Shown: one piece after another, positions 42,433 to 42,811 of the stretch
Layout of the letters: each line of letters starts with the position of its first letter
Numbering within the stretch: the first letter of the stretch is position 1
From: Alphaproteobacteria bacterium
Lineage (GTDB): Bacteria > Pseudomonadota > Alphaproteobacteria > UBA3830
DNA length: 42,811 bases
Assembly: GCA_024696365.1 (NCBI GenBank)
Contig: JAILGW010000071.1
Coordinates: 1-42,811 of the forward strand
Direction: 5' to 3'
Position numbers and translations under genes: made by a program
Notes under the pieces: model-generated
What the model saw: the letters and a program-made list of their open reading frames with translations, nothing else
The model's database searches: none
Told to the model about the DNA's origin: nothing

Positions 42433-42461
42433 CCCCGCTGTTTTCGCAGTGGGGTTTTTTT
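42433..42461 (+). terminator. Rho-independent terminator of rplS
   Basis: ccccgctg (42433-42440) pairs with cagtgggg (42447-42454) around a 6-nt loop, followed by T7. Confidence 0.7.
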
Positions 42462-42495
42462 GTATTCAAATCGCAGACATAATATATTTAGATAC

Positions 42496-42524
42496 AAAAA
42501 AAGCAGCCAAGAAATGACTGCTTT
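42496..42524 (-). terminator. Possible terminator of the phasin-like gene
   Basis: On the minus strand, aaagcag-(11-nt loop)-ctgcttt runs into a T run, 28 nt downstream of the stop. The stem is short and A/U-rich. Confidence 0.4.
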
Positions 42525-42551
42525 CTGAAATTTACTATTGTAAAGAGATAA

Positions 42552-42811
42552 CTACTTCTTATTTACAATTGATTTTGCTTCTTCAATTGACTCTTTAAAG
42601 CGCTTTGTGACTGCGGCGGTCAAGTCATTGTTTGTCGCAGTAATCATATCGGAAATTTGCTTGCTGTTTCCAATTGCCTTTACGATTGTGTCGCGGGTCA
42701 CTTCGGAAAATCTTGCCATAGCTTCTGATGGTTTCGTGCTCTTTTCCATAATGCTGCCCATATCTGCCATCATCTGCTTAATAAACGCCGATTGCAGTTT
42801 TGTAATTCCAT
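42552..42811 (-). CDS. Phasin-family-like protein, 5' end outside the window
   Basis: The reading frame stays open to the window edge (...GITKLQSAFIKQMMADMGSIMEK...). The helical C-terminus ...ISDMITATNNDLTAAVTKRFKESIEEAKSIV resembles the alphaproteobacterial phasin C-terminal pattern, from memory only. Confidence 0.45.
   Translation of the reverse strand, partial: GITKLQSAFIKQMMADMGSIMEKSTKPSEAMARFSEVTRDTIVKAIGNSKQISDMITATNNDLTAAVTKRFKESIEEAKSIVNKK

Overview
The window looks like part of an AT-biased, compact alphaproteobacterium-like genome. The taxon is inferred from the rpsL-rpsG-fusA-tuf-S10-spc(+adk)-alpha gene order and the protein sequences; I ran no database search. The core, about 7561-33343 on the minus strand, is one nearly gapless array: rpoB-rpoC-rpsL-rpsG-fusA-tuf-rpsJ ... 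rplO-secY-adk-rpsM-rpsK-rpoA-rplQ. Accessory DNA flanks this core on both sides.

Left flank:
- A frameshifted Rpn-type nuclease/transposase with a partial duplicate downstream.
- An orphan secreted protein.
- A K+-independent H+-pyrophosphatase (hppA).
- Two secreted, host-interaction-type genes: a GT8 glycosyltransferase and a eukaryote-like RNI-type LRR protein. Each is bracketed by a direct duplicate of its neighbour's 3' end or terminator.

Right flank:
- carD/cdnL, divergent from rpoB, with no rplKAJL upstream of rpoB.
- An operon of a membrane-anchored FkbM-type methyltransferase and a 652-aa repetitive secreted protein.
- A stand-alone spike module, vgrG - MORN-variant (YwqK-like) - DUF4280 (PAAR-like), followed by a variant HIT protein and a secreted orphan whose ATG-initiated signal peptide is put out of frame by a T8 tract.
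- rplS and a 5'-truncated phasin-like gene.

I could not support any rRNA, tRNA or CRISPR array. The most interesting candidates are the orphan VgrG/MORN/DUF4280 module and the repeat-bracketed effector-like insertions between hppA and rplQ.
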